NCBI RefSeq assembly: GCF_964194155.1
Contig: NC_135901.1
Span: 24,490,001 to 24,554,000, forward strand
Direction of reading: 5' to 3'
DNA length: 64,000 nt
Source of the DNA: Cetorhinus maximus
Taxonomy: Eukaryota
In this document: piece after piece, positions 49,883 to 63,790 of the stretch
Position numbering within the stretch: position 1 is the first letter of the stretch
Layout of the letters: every line of letters starts with the position of its first letter
Made by a program: the position numbers and the translations under genes
Notes under the pieces: generated by a model
Told to the model about the DNA's origin: nothing
Database searches by the model: none
The model's input: the letters and a program-made list of their open reading frames with translations, nothing else

Positions 49883-50639
49883 GTTAGGAACCAAATTGGA
49901 CAGAAGCCCAAGTGCACAGAACCTCCATTATCCACCAAAAAGAAGGGAATTGATGGTGAATTGCAAATCCCCCAAAGTTTTACTGAAACAGCAGCAATAA
50001 CGTGGAATCCAATCCCTCCAGTCAAATGTGAACTCAGCAGATGGGGTGACTGAGTGAATCCTTTCAGTGAGTAAATGTCAGGATTGTTGTCTAATGGATA
50101 TTCCTGGTTGTGTATTTTTAGTTATGCTGTCACATACCAATAACACAAAGTAATCTGGAAACAAGCTGCAGCTCCTTTTTTTTCATTCGTCACAGGATGC
50201 AGATGTCACTGGCAATCCGGGCATTTATTCCCATCCCTAATTGCCCTTGGAAATGTGATTGTGACCTGACCTTCCAAACCGCTGCAGTCCAATTGAATTT
50301 TACTTTCTTCGAGCAGCTTTTATATGATCAAGTGGCTTATGCACCATTTCAAAGGGTCAAACACATTGCTGTTGGTCTGCAGTCACCTGTAGACCAGATG
50401 AGGTTGGGATGGCAGGTTTCCTCTCCTAAAGGATGTCATGGAACCAGCTGGATTTTTATAACAATCCATTCATTTCATGATCACTGATAACAGCTTTTAT
50501 AGTAGATTTTAATTCCAGATTTATTGAATTAACTGAATTTAAAATCTCTAACTGTTGTGATGAGTTTTGAACTCACATCTTCGGATTATTTTTCCCTCTA
50601 GATTGCTAATCCAGTGATGTAACCACTATGCCTGGGCAT

Positions 50640-50950
50640 GTCGTCAGAATACCTGAATTCAGATTAACAAACAGGTGCTGTACTCAGAGCTACACCAGGG
50701 AGGCTCTTCACATGGGGCCAAAGGAAACTTTTCAAAGACAATCTCAAGGCCTACCTGACATTCTGCTCTATTAACAGAAACACTTGGGAAGCAGATTCCC
50801 AATCGCCTCCAAAACGGTGAATCATCATCCATGAACTTTTCAATCAACAAGAGCAGCTGCTGGAGTCAACAATCCATCACCAACTCTACTGGCCAACAAA
50901 TCCCATGTCCTCACTGTAAGGAGAGCCTGCAAGGCTAAGATAGGACACAT
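50640..50950 (+). mobile_element. RTE-type LINE 3' fragment
   Basis: Decayed ELHQG..SHG..RK.FKDNLKA-like motif. Confidence 0.55.
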
Positions 50951-52319
50951 TAGTCACCTGTGAATACACAACTAACACTGACGTATCACCTACACCCAAT
51001 CATCCACAAGGAAGAATCACCCTTGACAGAAGGGATTACTGATGGATAACCACGATGTTATCGTATCCTTCTTTATCTGGGGATTGAATGTCAGTTACAC
51101 AATTGTAGCAGCAGTTAACAGCCTCCTGTGAACTCCTCCATGCGATCTCTTAGTGCAGATTTTAAACAATTTATTTTGAGTGTGCTTATGTTCAATGAGT
51201 TAATACTGATTTTATAAACCAATGGCTATGCCTCAGTTGGAGTGCTGCATTCATTTATGGGCATCACACTTTAAACAGGGTGTGAAAGTCTTAGAGAGGG
51301 TGCAGAAGCGATTTGCTAGAATGGTACCAAGGGTAAAAGGTTTCAGCTATATGGAGAAACTGGGATTGTTTTCCTTGGAGCAAAAGGTTAAGCAGGATGG
51401 TGTTGGAGGCATAATGGTATTGTCACTGGACTAGTAACCCAGAGACCAGGGTTAATACTCTGGAGGCTGGGTTTCGAATCCCACCAGGTCTCATGATGAC
51501 CCTGAAGCCATTGTCGCTTGTCATAAAAAACCCATCTGATTCACTATTGTCCTATAGAGAAAGAAATCTGCCATCTTCACCTGGTCTGGCCTGCATATGA
51601 CTCCAGACCCACAGCAATATGGTTGACTCTTAAAATACCCAGAACTTACACCATGGACTGCAGCAGGTCAAGAAGATGGCTCACCACCACCTTCTCAAAA
51701 AAGATGCAACAGTGGTTTTCAAAATCATGAACAGTTTTGACAAACTGAAAGAAGAAGGGTGTCCAGTAGCAGAAAAATTACTAATCAGAGGACACAGATT
51801 TCAGAACTTTCTTTTAAGCAGTGTGTTATTGTGATCTGGAAATCACTGCCTGAAAGGGTGCTGCAAGCAGATTCAAGAGCAACATTCTTGGGAGAATTGA
51901 ATAAATCGTTGAAGGAAGAAACATCCAAGTCTATGAGTAAAGAGCAGGGGAGTGGGACTAATTCGATAGCTACACTAAAGTGCTGGTACAAACACGATGA
52001 GCTGAACACCTTCCATTAGCTCCTGTACCATCTGAAGACAATGACAGATGATGCTACCCAGAATGCTTCAGGTGGTAGAATATGGCCCATCAACATCAAC
52101 AAGGAGGCAACACTCAGATTTTTCTCCCTTTCTTTTGTGAAGGTGCTGTGTGATGGTGAGGTTCAATCCCAGTCACTGTTTACCCGCCTGTACCCTGCCA
52201 AGTGGTAATTATGAGCTTATGATCCTACACTGTGAGTTATAATAATGGTATTTTATTCAAGAAGCAGGTTTTCAGACCAAAGGCTGAATTGCAATGTGAC
52301 TTACATGAGGAAATTCACA

Positions 52320-52860
52320 TAGAGACTAAATAATAAAGTTAAAAACATGGAAATATGACAATCAAATAGCAGAAATAGGTTCCAGTTTAAAACTAGCAGG
52401 AAAAATGTTTCCAGTGATAGTAATAAACACAGACACCAGAACTGGAATAATAGACAGGTTATTTTCTAATAATAAGTGGCATAGTATAAGTGTAACAATT
52501 ACAAACACAGGGTCTGATACAGTAAGAGTGCAGATGGGCCCAAAGGAAGAACAGCAAAGGTTTGGCTCACGTTGAGTGTAACAAATACAGTATTTGTTTC
52601 AATAATAAGAGTCAGGATGCAGTGTGTTAGTTAACACATCATTGGATCCAATGTGACGATAATGCAGTCAGTATCTAGTGCACCAAAACCAAAGTTTGGG
52701 TCTCATTTAGCAATGTAAGTGAGCCATGGTCTATTGGTATAATATGATGTCAACGTGTTGCCTAATGTCTAATAACAGAGCCAAGGATCACTGCAATGGG
52801 AATGGGATGGGTTTAATGTAATAACACAGACATGGTCTCGTGGAATGGGAACTGATATTA
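52320..52860 (-). repeat. Degenerate minisatellite related to 14260-15330 (opposite strand)
   Basis: Units TAATAACACAGACA(T/G)GGTCT resemble the reverse complement of AGACCCTGTCTCAGTTATTA. Confidence 0.5.
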
Positions 52861-54949
52861 ACATTGACTAATTGGTGGCACTCTCACCCCGAGTCAGAAG
52901 GATGTGGGTTCAAGCCCCCTCCAGAAACTCGACCACATCATCTGAGCCGATGCTCCCGGTGTCATTATAAATGGGAGTCTCTGTTCTTTTGCCGAATATT
53001 TTCTTGGACTCAGAAGGAGTGAAGGGAATGGCAGACGGGACAATTCTGGGCAGTTGCTCCATCCAACAAAGCAGGGATTCCTGGGACATGATTGCAGGTT
53101 TGACGTGCCCATCCATTCCTTAAAAATAATCTCTTCCTCTTTCGGTTTGTGAAGGGAGTTACGACTGCAGTACGTGGGGCTGACTGGAGTCTGGTGTAAA
53201 AATAATCACACAGGCTGACTCCAGTTCTTAATAACAGAGGTCACTTTAACTGCAGGGAACCTTACATTAAGGGAGGCAAGAGGCAGAATAAAGATCCGAT
53301 TGTAATAGGAGGACAAGGTGTAAGGAAGCAATGATATTTGGGTTTCTGTGTTATGGTGAGTGTCACAGGGAGGTGTGTGATAAAATAGGAATGGAATTGT
53401 CATGACAGAGATACGTGTGACTGACTCCACCTGACTGAGAGCTGTTATATCCAAGGGGAGGGCAATGATGACATGGGGAACTCCAGAGGTTTCTGTTATC
53501 TGAGGTGATAATGGTGCATCTGAGGAACTGAAAAGAATCGGTTCCTTCTCACCCTTGCCTGCAATTCCCAAGTTACACAGACACACAGGAAACAGATCTG
53601 ACAGCTCGTAGAAACCAACGTTTTAAATCTTCTGTTTGAGACACATTATGATTGAAAAGATCAAATGTTAAAACCTCAGGAGAGGAAAATTCAGAATGTC
53701 ACAAAGATCAGTGAACCGTCCAATTAGTCCCATTCACCATAACTGCCAATTTTCCCCTCTTCATTTATTGATCCAATTCCCTTTGAAAGTTGCTATTTTA
53801 TCTGCTTCCAACCCCGTCAGTGTGTGCATTCCAGATCACATCAAATCACTGCGTAAAAATATTCTCCTCATCACCCCCTCTGGTTCTGTTGTCAAAATCA
53901 TAAATCTGTGTCTTCTGGTTACAAACTCTCCTGCATCTGAAAACAGTTTCTCCCTATCGACACTGTAACAAATCCTTCCCCATTTTGAACACCTCCATTA
54001 AATATCCCCCTAACCTTTTCTGATCTAAGAAGGACAGCCCCTGTTTTTCCTGCTCAAAAGAAGAGTGATGTTGGACTGGAAACCTTAAATCTGTTTTCTC
54101 TCCATAGATGCTGTCAGACCTGCTGAGTTTTTCCCCACCATTTTTTGCCTTTCGCCATTTTTCCTTCCTTAATCTATCAATAACCCTTCATGATTTTGAA
54201 CATCCCCATTAAACAGGAACACACTGACATTGAGAGAGATATAGAGGAAAGGAGAGACAAAAACTGAGACACTTAAAAAAACAGAAAGATGAGGTAGTCG
54301 GAGATAAAGCTGAGAAATAGAAGAAGCAATTAACACAGAATGATATGAGAGAATGATAAAAAAATGAAAGGGAGCAGACTTTCAGTTCCTGGCTATGGAG
54401 AGCAGAGGGAATTCAGTGACTGATCCACAGACATAGCCACATATGTCCGGGAATGGAAATTCTGACCAGAAACAACAGGCTCATTTGTAAATGTCACTGC
54501 AATGTGACTCTGCCCTGACTCTGTGGCCAGATATAGGCCGCATTGACTGATGTTCTCACCAGATTGTGGCCCCTGGATTTATTTTCTGCTCAGAAGTGAG
54601 ATGTGCGGTTTGGAACTGGCAGCAGAGAAACAGGAAGTTGTGTTACCTGAGAATGAAACAGCAGGCGTCAGTTTCATGTTATCACCGTGAACAGTCTTCC
54701 TGCCTGTGAGGGTGGACTCACTCTGACAGCATCAAGAACAACCACACAGATTGCTGCCGGTCTTAGCGTTACATTCACCTCTATTCCTATTTTAAACGTT
54801 TAAACACATGAGCTTATTTGGCGTTTTAACATTTTCACTGAAGGGGGAAATGAGCTGATGGTTAACCTTTGGAGAAATGAGAGGAAATTATATAAAATAA
54901 ATAATTTTCCCCAAAAAGGGTTATCAGAAAATAGGAGAGTTAAAGTGAA

Positions 54950-55245
54950 TCGAGGCCTGTCTGAGAATGAGAGAGAGAAACAGAGAGGTTACGTTGTACG
55001 TAACTCTGTACATTGAACACTGCCTCAGACAGAGAAGAGAGGGTAAGTGAGGTTAAGTATGTTAGGTTCTTTCTCAGAGAGAGAAAAAAATTAAGTGAGT
55101 TTAGGCACTCTCTGAAACAGAGAGATTAAGTAACTTAGTGTCTGAGAGAGAGAGGAGAGAGGTTAAGTGACTTAGACCGAGTCTGAAAGAGAGAGAGAGA
55201 TTAAGTATGTGTCTGAAAGAGAGGGAGGAAAGAGGTTAAGTGAAA
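54950..55245 (+). repeat. ~40-bp degenerate tandem repeat (GAGAGAGGTTAAGTGAGTTAG...TCTGAAA)
   Basis: GGTTAAGT/ATTAAGT units recurring with GA tracts. Confidence 0.7.
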
Positions 55246-57849
55246 TAAAAGCAAAATATTGCAGATGCTGAAAATCTGCAATAAAAACAGGAAATGCTGG
55301 AAAAACTCAGCAGGTCTGACAGCATCTGTGGAGAGAGAAGCAGAGTTAACGTTTTGAGTCCGTATGACTGAAGAAGACCATACACTCTGAAGAAGAGTCA
55401 TGAGGACTCCAGGGGTGAAGTGAGTTTGGGGACAGATGTGCTCATATTGGTAATTGAACGGTCAGTGTGAGATTGTTTTCTAAACAACAGCACCCCAGAG
55501 AATGCGTTCCAGATAATTGTCAGTGCTATTAAAAGATTTGCAAAGATATTACAGTAGGAATAAATGGAAATAAAGGACTAAAATACTTGATGAAGATAAT
55601 TACTTCAGGAAATACATTGCAAATGTGAAGAATGATGTGCTCACAATCAGACACATAGACACAAACACACACACGTGCGCGCACACACACAAACACACCA
55701 TTTTGTGTTGAGCTGGTTTCAGTTCTGTCTGTTAACCAGATGATTAATTTTTATTTGGATACCATTAGGATCCTGCAGCAGTCCAATCGACTGAGGAGAC
55801 GGTTCTAGATTCTGTCTGACACCATCAGTGGGTCAGGTGGAAGCTAAATAGAAAATCCTGCAGGAAAAATAATCCTTAACATTAAAAATCTATCTGAGCA
55901 ATTGACACAGTACAACACCAGTGTGAATTAGTAAACTTTAACACAACAGAGTTTGTCACTAACTAGTGTCAAGTGAAATGCATTATTGCTCACCTTTAGT
56001 CTTGTCCCTCAATCCCAGTTAATCTCTGGGAGATTGTTACAAGATTCAGCCCATCCTCTCGACACAAATATTACCCACATAACACTAGAGTCATTAGAAA
56101 TTTGAGTGTGCTTCCCACACACTCTCCTTTTAAATGTACCTCACTCCTACCAGCCTTTAACTATCAAAGACATAACAGAGTTAATAGCTGCTGATAGCTA
56201 TGAATGAGATTAAATTTATACTTGAAATGATTGAATCTTCACATGCAAAATATATTTTGTTTTATTCTTTGATGGGATGTGGGTATCGCTGGCAAGGTCA
56301 ACATTTGTTGCCCAACCTTAACTGTCCTTGAACAGAGTGGCTTCCTCGGTCATTTCAGAGGGCAATTAAGAGTTAACCACATTGCTGTGGGTCTGGCCTC
56401 GCATGTGGGCCAGACCAAGTGGGGACGGCAGATTTCCTTCCATAAAGGACATTAGTCAAGCAGATGGGTTTTTACAACAATCAATGATAGTTTCATGGAC
56501 ACCATCACTGAGGCCAGATTTCAATTGCAGATTTTGAATATCATTATGAGGTTAGAAGCCTGTTCAATATGCTTAGGTTCTGAAGGTGAAATCGACAATC
56601 TAGAGATCCTGAAATCAGTGTCGTCACTGTAACCAAACTGTTTAAGAAGCTAAGGTGACATTTTATACGTACAGTTTGACAGTAACATTGGTTAATACCG
56701 TTACTGTTAAATTTCCAGATAATAATATCACAAACAGCAACTTCAAGCAGGAGGAGCAGAATAAACGAGATGGAGAGAAACACGAGAGCTCACAGGCGAG
56801 GACCACATAGAGCAGGTTCACACACCCAGGGACAGGGCGGCTCATGCACCTGGGGACACACACCCGAGGCTCACCAGGAATGATCAGAATAAGGAGACCA
56901 CCCATAAAACTACCAATAGGAATTTTCAGCTGAACAAATCACTCATTCTTAAAGGGACCGAAGGGGTCCTGACACTATGAAGTTAAAGGGGCAGACACAG
57001 CTTCAACCTTCTCTCTGTTACCTTTCTGATAGTTAAAGGCTAGTAGGAGTGAGGTATAATTAAAAGGACAGTGTGTGGGAAGCACACATCAATAAAACTG
57101 GGAATTCTTGAACACGCTGCAGGTCGTTCTTTATCTGGGAATCAAACTGCTGTATTATTGTCCCAGCAGTTAACAGCCTCCTGTGAACTCCTCCAGCTTC
57201 TAGTTTAATGCAGATTTTAACCCAATAAATGTCAGCGTGTTTCGATTCAGTGACTCGGGACTGACACACAAACACGTTGAAACATTTTAGACTTATTAAG
57301 AACCATTTTCAGACTGGAAACTTAAACCTGCTGTTTCACTTTCGGTCAGGAACAGATCAGTTTTACACCAACCTTTGATTTGGCAGCACGTTTCCAGCAT
57401 TCACCGTTATTCTTCCTGACTCTAAACCCAGTTGTAAAGAAGCCTTCTGTTCCATGTCCAGGAGCTCTGAACCATGGGCAAGAGCAGCTGAGGCACATTT
57501 CTTACACACCTCAGGATTCACCCACATGGGGATTATGCCGTCAGTGAAGAAAGATGAGAAAGACCAAAGTGTTGTTTGGGGGTCCCTCAGTGTGACCCTG
57601 AAGGACTGTGTCCAGGCTGAAGTTCTGTTCCTGCTGTACGATCCTCCCCCAGGTTGTCCTTTCTGACTCCAGCCAGGTGATGTTAAACACTTAAGAGGGA
57701 AAAACAAAAATCTACAAACAAAGCTGATTTATTTCACATTTACTCAGAATATTGAACCTCATCAACAGGTCAGGACAGTCAGAATGAACATGGTTCAGTC
57801 CTGATATGATTAACAGCATCAACAGGAGTAGAATCCAAACCTTGCAATC

Positions 57850-58942
57850 GCTTATGAACCCACTGGTGTGTTCATAGGTGTGATGACTGAGTGAATGCCT
57901 TTCCACAGGCATTACTGGTGAATGGCCTCTCCCCACTGTGAACTCGCCGGTGTTTCAGCAGATAGGATGAATGAGAAAATCCCTTGCCACACACAGAGCA
58001 GGTAAATGGCCTCTCCCCACTGTGAATGCTCTGGTGTGTCAGCAGGTTGGATAACTAAGTGAATCCCTTCCCACAAACGGAGCAGGTGAAAGGCCTCTCT
58101 CCAGTGTGTACTCGCTGGTGATTCAATAGATTGGATGACTGAGTGAATCCCTTCCCACACACCGAGCAAGTGAATGGTCTCTCCTCAGTGTGAACCTGTT
58201 GGTGTGTCCGAAGGTTATATGGACAGGTGAATCCCTTCCCACAGTCAGAGCAGGTGAACGGTCTATCCCCAGTGTGAATTCACTGATGTATCAGAAGGTT
58301 GGATGAATTAATGAAGCCCTTCCCACAGTTGGAGCAGGTGAACGGCCTCTCCCCAGTGTGAATTCACTGGTGATTCAGTAGGGCAGATGGACAGCTGAAT
58401 CCCTTCTCACAGTCGGAGCAGGTGAATGGCCTCTCCCCAGTGTGAGTATATCGATGTGTTAGCAGATCCTTTTTGCTTTTAAAGCTCTTGTCACAATCAG
58501 AACAATTAAAAAAATTGTTGTCAGAGTGAACAAGTTGATGTGTCAGAAGGTGGGATGATTGAGTGAATCCCTTCCCAGACACAGAGCAGGTGAATGGCCT
58601 CTCCCCAGTGTGAATACGTTGATGTATCAGCAGATCTTTTCTGCATTTAAAACTCTTCTCACAGTCAGAACATGTAAACGGTCTCTTATCAGTGTGAACA
58701 AGTTGGTGTGTCACAATGTGGGATGACCGAGTGAAGTCCTTCCCACACACAGGGCAGGTGAATGGCCTCTCCTCAGTGTGAACTCGCTGATGTGTCCGAA
58801 GGTTGTACAAATGGGTGAATCCCTTCCCACAGATAGAGCAGGTGAACGGTTTCTCCCCAGTATGACTGTGCTGATGAACTTCCAGTTGGGATGGGAAATT
58901 GAATCCTTTCCGACAGTCGACACATTTCCATGGTTTCTTCAT
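57850..58942 (-). pseudogene. C2H2 ZNF (~13 units) with two premature TGA stops and a mutated splice acceptor
   Basis: HQ*IH at about 58364 and 58280 (CGA>TGA); acceptor reads TTTTACGG (near 59305) instead of TTTT(A/C)CAG; a 192-aa ORF remains. Confidence 0.85.
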
Positions 58943-59559
58943 GGTGTGGGGGTCCTTGTCTCTCTCCAGGTTGAACGCTTAGTTGAAGCCTTGTCCACAC
59001 ACAACACGTGAACAGTTTCTCCCCACTGCGAATGGTGCAATACTTTTGCAGACTGTGTAACTGCTTAAAGTTTTTTCCAAAGTCAGTTCACTGGAACACT
59101 CTCACTCGGGTGTGTGTGTGTTGAGGCTTTTCCAGTCACACGGATGTTTGAAATCCTTTCCCAAAGACAGAATAGACAAACGTTTCTCCTTCCACATTCA
59201 AAAGCTCATGTTATTCAGGTCCTGATGAATTCAGTGCCTCTGACAGATTTTGATGTGATGTTTGCTTCGCGTTTTCTGTCTGCCAGTCACCTCTGTTTAA
59301 TACCCCGTAAAACGATTTTACAAAAGTCATCACTTTAAATCCAGGACAGAAATTCTGAACAGACAATTCTAGTTTCTATGGAACATTTTTTTTTCTCTTG
59401 TTGTAAATCTGTAAATCCCCGTCCCACACACTTTCCCTCCTCCCTGGGCTGAAATCCAAACCCATCTCACCATCTCCACCATTTCTTTCCTCCACTCCCA
59501 GTTTTCTCCCTCCCTCTCCTCTGCCTGGGTTCAGTTCTCCAGCTCCTGTGTCTCTGATT

Positions 59560-60040
59560 CAGGGTCTCAGGCGAGAACCCAGCTGCCGTCGGGCGGGACA
59601 CAGGAGGGGGGACCTTCCCGGGTGGGTCTTACCCGGACCCTGAGTCCGTCCCCCCAGTTTCTGAGCCCCCGGGCGGCCCGCGGTCTCCCCGCAGTTTCTG
59701 AATCTCCCGCCCCGGAGCCTCTTCCCCTGAAACCGGCTCTGTCACCGGGAAGAAGCCCCGGAGCTGCAAACACGGGACATGGAGGCTCTGATCCGGGATT
59801 GCGGCCAACACCGGGTGTTTCTGAAGCCTCTCCCCCGACCCACCGGCTCCATTCGGCTTCACTCACCCGCCGCCTCCAGTCAGTTTCTGTCTCCCGGCAG
59901 CTCCGACACCAGCCCGTCCGAACTGACCCAACACCCGCACTGCGCATGCTCCAGTCAGAGCGGCACTGCGCATGCGCAACAATCGCCTGTTGTGCAGATA
60001 GGGCACATTCTGTCTCTCGGTGAATGCTGGGTATCCCACT
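59560..60040 (-). promoter_or_regulatory. CpG-island promoter/first exon, cassette 6
   Basis: NRF1 TGCGCATGCGCA 59967-59978; ZNF143-like 60022-60033; donors GTGAGT 59866 and GTAAGA 59632. Confidence 0.75.
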
Positions 60041-60139
60041 CCGCCATTGACAACCTGTTTCATCGAATACAACATCATCTTTTGTGGTCCGATTACGATT
60101 TGAACCCTGGATATAAAATGGTTAAGTCAGTTGACACAG

Positions 60140-60555
60140 TATCCATAGTTCTATCCTGGATTTGATTAACAGCAGGAAAAAACCCTCAATGTCAAATGTG
60201 AACTCACTGGATTCTTAGCAGGCGCTGTGAACGAGTGTGTCTTTTCTCGCAAACAGAACATATAAACAGCTCCTCATCACCAATTGATTGTATATCAATT
60301 GCTTTGAACTTTTAAAGCTGAAGTGTTAGCTAGTGGAAATACTGAATAGATCCCTCCGCACATATAAAGTATCTGAATGGTCTCCTTCTGATGTGACTGT
60401 GTTCTTGTGGCAGTAAATGGGATGACCAAGTGAATCTCTGTCTACATACAGCTGGTGGACAGTGTTTTTGTGGTGTGATTGTACGCATGAGTTCCCAGCT
60501 CAGACATGCTTCGCAATTTCTTAATATAACGATTTCCATATTCTCACAGTCCCCT
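60140..60555 (-). pseudogene. Decayed ZNF 3' remnant upstream of cassette 6
   Basis: HSHIRRRPFRYFIC remnant; homologous to 3380-3800. Confidence 0.75.
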
Positions 60556-60659
60556 GGTCAAAGAAAAGCAAAAATACTGTGAATGCTGAAAATATGCAAT
60601 AAAAATAGAAAATGATGGAAATACTCTGATATTGAGCAACTTTAAGATCAGAATTGACT

Positions 60660-61420
60660 TGATATGATGTGTTGCAGCCGTAGCATTTGGAAGTTTGTCG
60701 GCACCAATGTGATCCACAGCAACTACAGCTGCAGTAAGTGCAGTGCATGGAACTTCAGTTCAGAGTTGTTGAGCTGGAGCCTGAACTTTGGACAATGGGG
60801 AGAAAGTTGCATGGACAATTTGATTCAGCAAGCAGCCACTCGCCTTAAGTTACATAATATCAGATTTAGCCTGTGGTCAGGGATGGGAAGGTGTGACTAC
60901 AGGTGATACAGGTATGGGTATCAAGAAGGTAGCACGAGAGGCGCATTAGCCTTTGCACTTGTCCAATAAATTCAAAGTTCTTGGAGCCATGAGGACAGCA
61001 GCTGAGCATGAGCAAAGTGACCATGGTACCGAGTTACAGGGGACCATTCAAGTTCGGGGTGGGGGGTGGCGGAGAGAACAGAACATAGGAACAGTCGGGA
61101 GATTAGCCAAGGGTGTTAGTCCCGAATGCTGTGCAGCCTGCTCAGTAATGGATTTAAGGACATCTCTTCGGGCTGGATAGTAACATGGAGAGCGAGGGAG
61201 AGGGCCCAGTTATCGTGGTTCATGTAGGTACCAGCTACAAAGGTATTATCGTGTAAGAGTTTCTGCTCAGGGAGCATGAACAGCTCGGACCTAAATTAAA
61301 AAACAAAAACAAAAGTAATAACCTCTAGATTACTATCTCATCCATCAGTAAATTGGCACAGAGTAGACAAGATCAAAATGTTGAATGTGTGGTTCAACAA
61401 CTGGTGTCACAAGGGTCATT
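60660..61420 (+). mobile_element. CR1 ORF1 fragment
   Basis: CCSRSIW..CSKC motif; VVHVGT esterase remnant. Confidence 0.6.
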
Positions 61421-63499
61421 TGGAAGAACTCCTTCAGATTTTTATAAAACGGGATTGCCTAGGCGGTTATGCTATTAGGCTTGCAATCCAGAGGCCTGGA
61501 TGTGTGCTTGGATCCTAACCTGGCAGGAGAGAATTTAAATTCAGTTAATTAAATAAACCTGGAGTTGAAAGCTAGTCTCAGTGACGGTGACCATGAAACT
61601 ATCTGATTATTGTAAAAACCCATCTGGGTCACTAATATTCTTTAGGGAAGGAAATCTGCCAACCTTACCTGGTCTGGCCCCCGTGTGACTCCAGGCCCCA
61701 ACAATATGGTTGACTCCTAACTGCCCTCTGAAATGGCCTAGCGAGCCTCTCAGTTATACTCAAGGCAGCAGCTCGCCACTACTTTCTCAAGGAGCAATTT
61801 AGGGGAGGGCATTAAATCCTGACTTTGCCAGCGGTTCCCAAGTCCCGTGAATGAGAATAAAAGCTTGGAGGCGATCACTCTCTCATCAGATATTCAACTA
61901 GGGAAGACTGCATTATACTACTGAAACTGGGGCAGGTCTTGGGGAATAGCAGAGGGGGTCCTATTCGGCCACTATCCGGAACTATATCAGTCTCGGGAGT
62001 ATCGGAATAGTTTCATAATGCAATCTCTAAATTTGCCTCTGAAGCCAAATTGGCAGTGGGGTGGGGGGGGGTGGGGGGGGGGGGGGGGGTGGGTGTGTGC
62101 TGGGGGAAAGAGTCAGTACTGAGGAGGGCTGCAACAAATTACAGGAGGACAGCAACAAACTTGCAAGATGGGAAAATAATTGGCAAATAAAGTTCAGCAC
62201 AGATAAATTTGAGGTAGTTCATTTCGGTAGGAAGAACAGAGAGGTCACGAATTACTTGGAAGATGGCAGTCTAGGTGGAGTAGAGGAACAAAGGGGTCTC
62301 GGTTACGAATATGTCAATCATTGAAAACTGTGTCACAGGTTAGCGAGGCCGTAAAAATAAGCAAACAAACACCTCATCTCAGTCCAAAATGGACTGTGAC
62401 GCCCCCAGCGCCCCCCATTCTAGGCTTTACAGCCGCGGGAGGGAAACAGTCTGTCGGCACTGACACCGTCAAACCCTCGAAGAATGTTCAAAGCTTCAAT
62501 CAGATCACCTCCCGTTCTTCCAAACTCCAGCGGTAACAGGCTCCCCTACTTCAATCTCATTTCGTAAGATGGCCCTCTCGTAGGGATTCACGGAATGAGT
62601 AAGGAGGCCATTCTGCACTTCACGCCCATGCCAGCATCCCAGGGGTCAGTCTCGTGAACCCTCACTGCACCCCCACCAAAGGCAAGTCTCCTTAGCTAAG
62701 GAGACCAAAACTTGTGCACATGTGCTCCAGACATGGTCTCACCGAGGCCCTGTATAATGGGGGCAAAACTTCCTTACTCTTAAAACAGCACCTCCCTTGC
62801 AAGGGGAGAGCCGACATGCCATTCGCTGCCCTTTATTGCTTGCGGCCACCAGCGGGGGGGCTTGTCGCGTTTCGTGTGTGGGGCACCCAAATCCTCCCAC
62901 GCGCCAACATTGGCCAGGGCTCCGCGAGGTGGCTGAAGAGTGCAACGCCAAAGCAATTCACTCCGGGGCGTCACCCTGGCTCCCTTTGAGCGAGGGGCAC
63001 TCGGCGAATCCCAAGTGAAATTGACATCGTTCTCCCTTTTGCCCCACATGCAATGATGATGGTGTGATGATGATGATGGTGTGTGTGTGTGCGCACGTAA
63101 CTCCTGCCATTTCGTCTTACCTGGACCTTTGGTGCTCTGAGACCCTTTACTGCCTTATTTCAACTCTTCGGCCTGCCCACTGGTCACTTGCCTACCTCCA
63201 ACCTGAAACGCTTCGCTGACTTGCTCTAGGACTACGTCGCAACCTCTCCTATCTCTTAAAGCCTATCTTTCCTCTTAAGAGGGAAACTTTTCATTTAAGT
63301 CCAACAGTTCTGACATGCAGACAGAGCCACATTAGTTGGCCAATGTTTGGTTGACCTTTGACCCTGCCTAAACTGGCATCCCAATGAGGTCCTGGCTGCC
63401 TTTTATTTCACTTTTTAAAACAAAGGGGAGCCTCTCCTGATTAGAGTAACCTTATTTCAAAAACAGTGTTCCCTCTTATAATGTTTTATTTCTACCTTA

Positions 63500-63790
63500 T
63501 TCCATGACCAGCCCCTCCACCTCACACCCTCAAATGGCGTCGCTTCCTCCTCCATCTAACGGCTTCAATACCGGGGCGGCCGCAGGGAGGGGGCGGGGAC
63601 AGCCATCGCCACGCCCCCGCGACCAATCACGGCGGGCGTTTCTGCTTCGCCCATCGCGCGGCGACGGCCCATCGTCCAATCAGCTCCCCTCCACCTCCAG
63701 ACCCCGCGGGCGGCTCGAGCTTTCCCGCCAACGGTCAGAATTCAAAATGAGGACCACGTGGTTGGGGTGGTTATTCGGCCCCTCCCGCTG
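63500..63790. promoter_or_regulatory. CpG-island promoter of a different architecture
   Basis: GC box GGGGCGGGG near 63590, two CCAATCA (63623, 63676), YY1-like AAATGGCG 63532; lacks the ZNF143/NRF1 cassette. Confidence 0.65.

Noticed and set aside
56690-57060. Possible solo LTR
   Set aside because: The composition is suggestive, but no TG...CA ends, target-site duplication or second copy could be established.
59567-60165. Long ORFs in CpG islands (also 15479-15851, 40650-41180, 48841-49298)
   Set aside because: GC-rich stop-poor sequence; frames are not conserved between paralogous promoters.
62057-62095. Poly-G tract as a functional G-quadruplex or poly-Gly ORF
   Set aside because: Simple low-complexity run adjoining a CR1 fragment; length unreliable.
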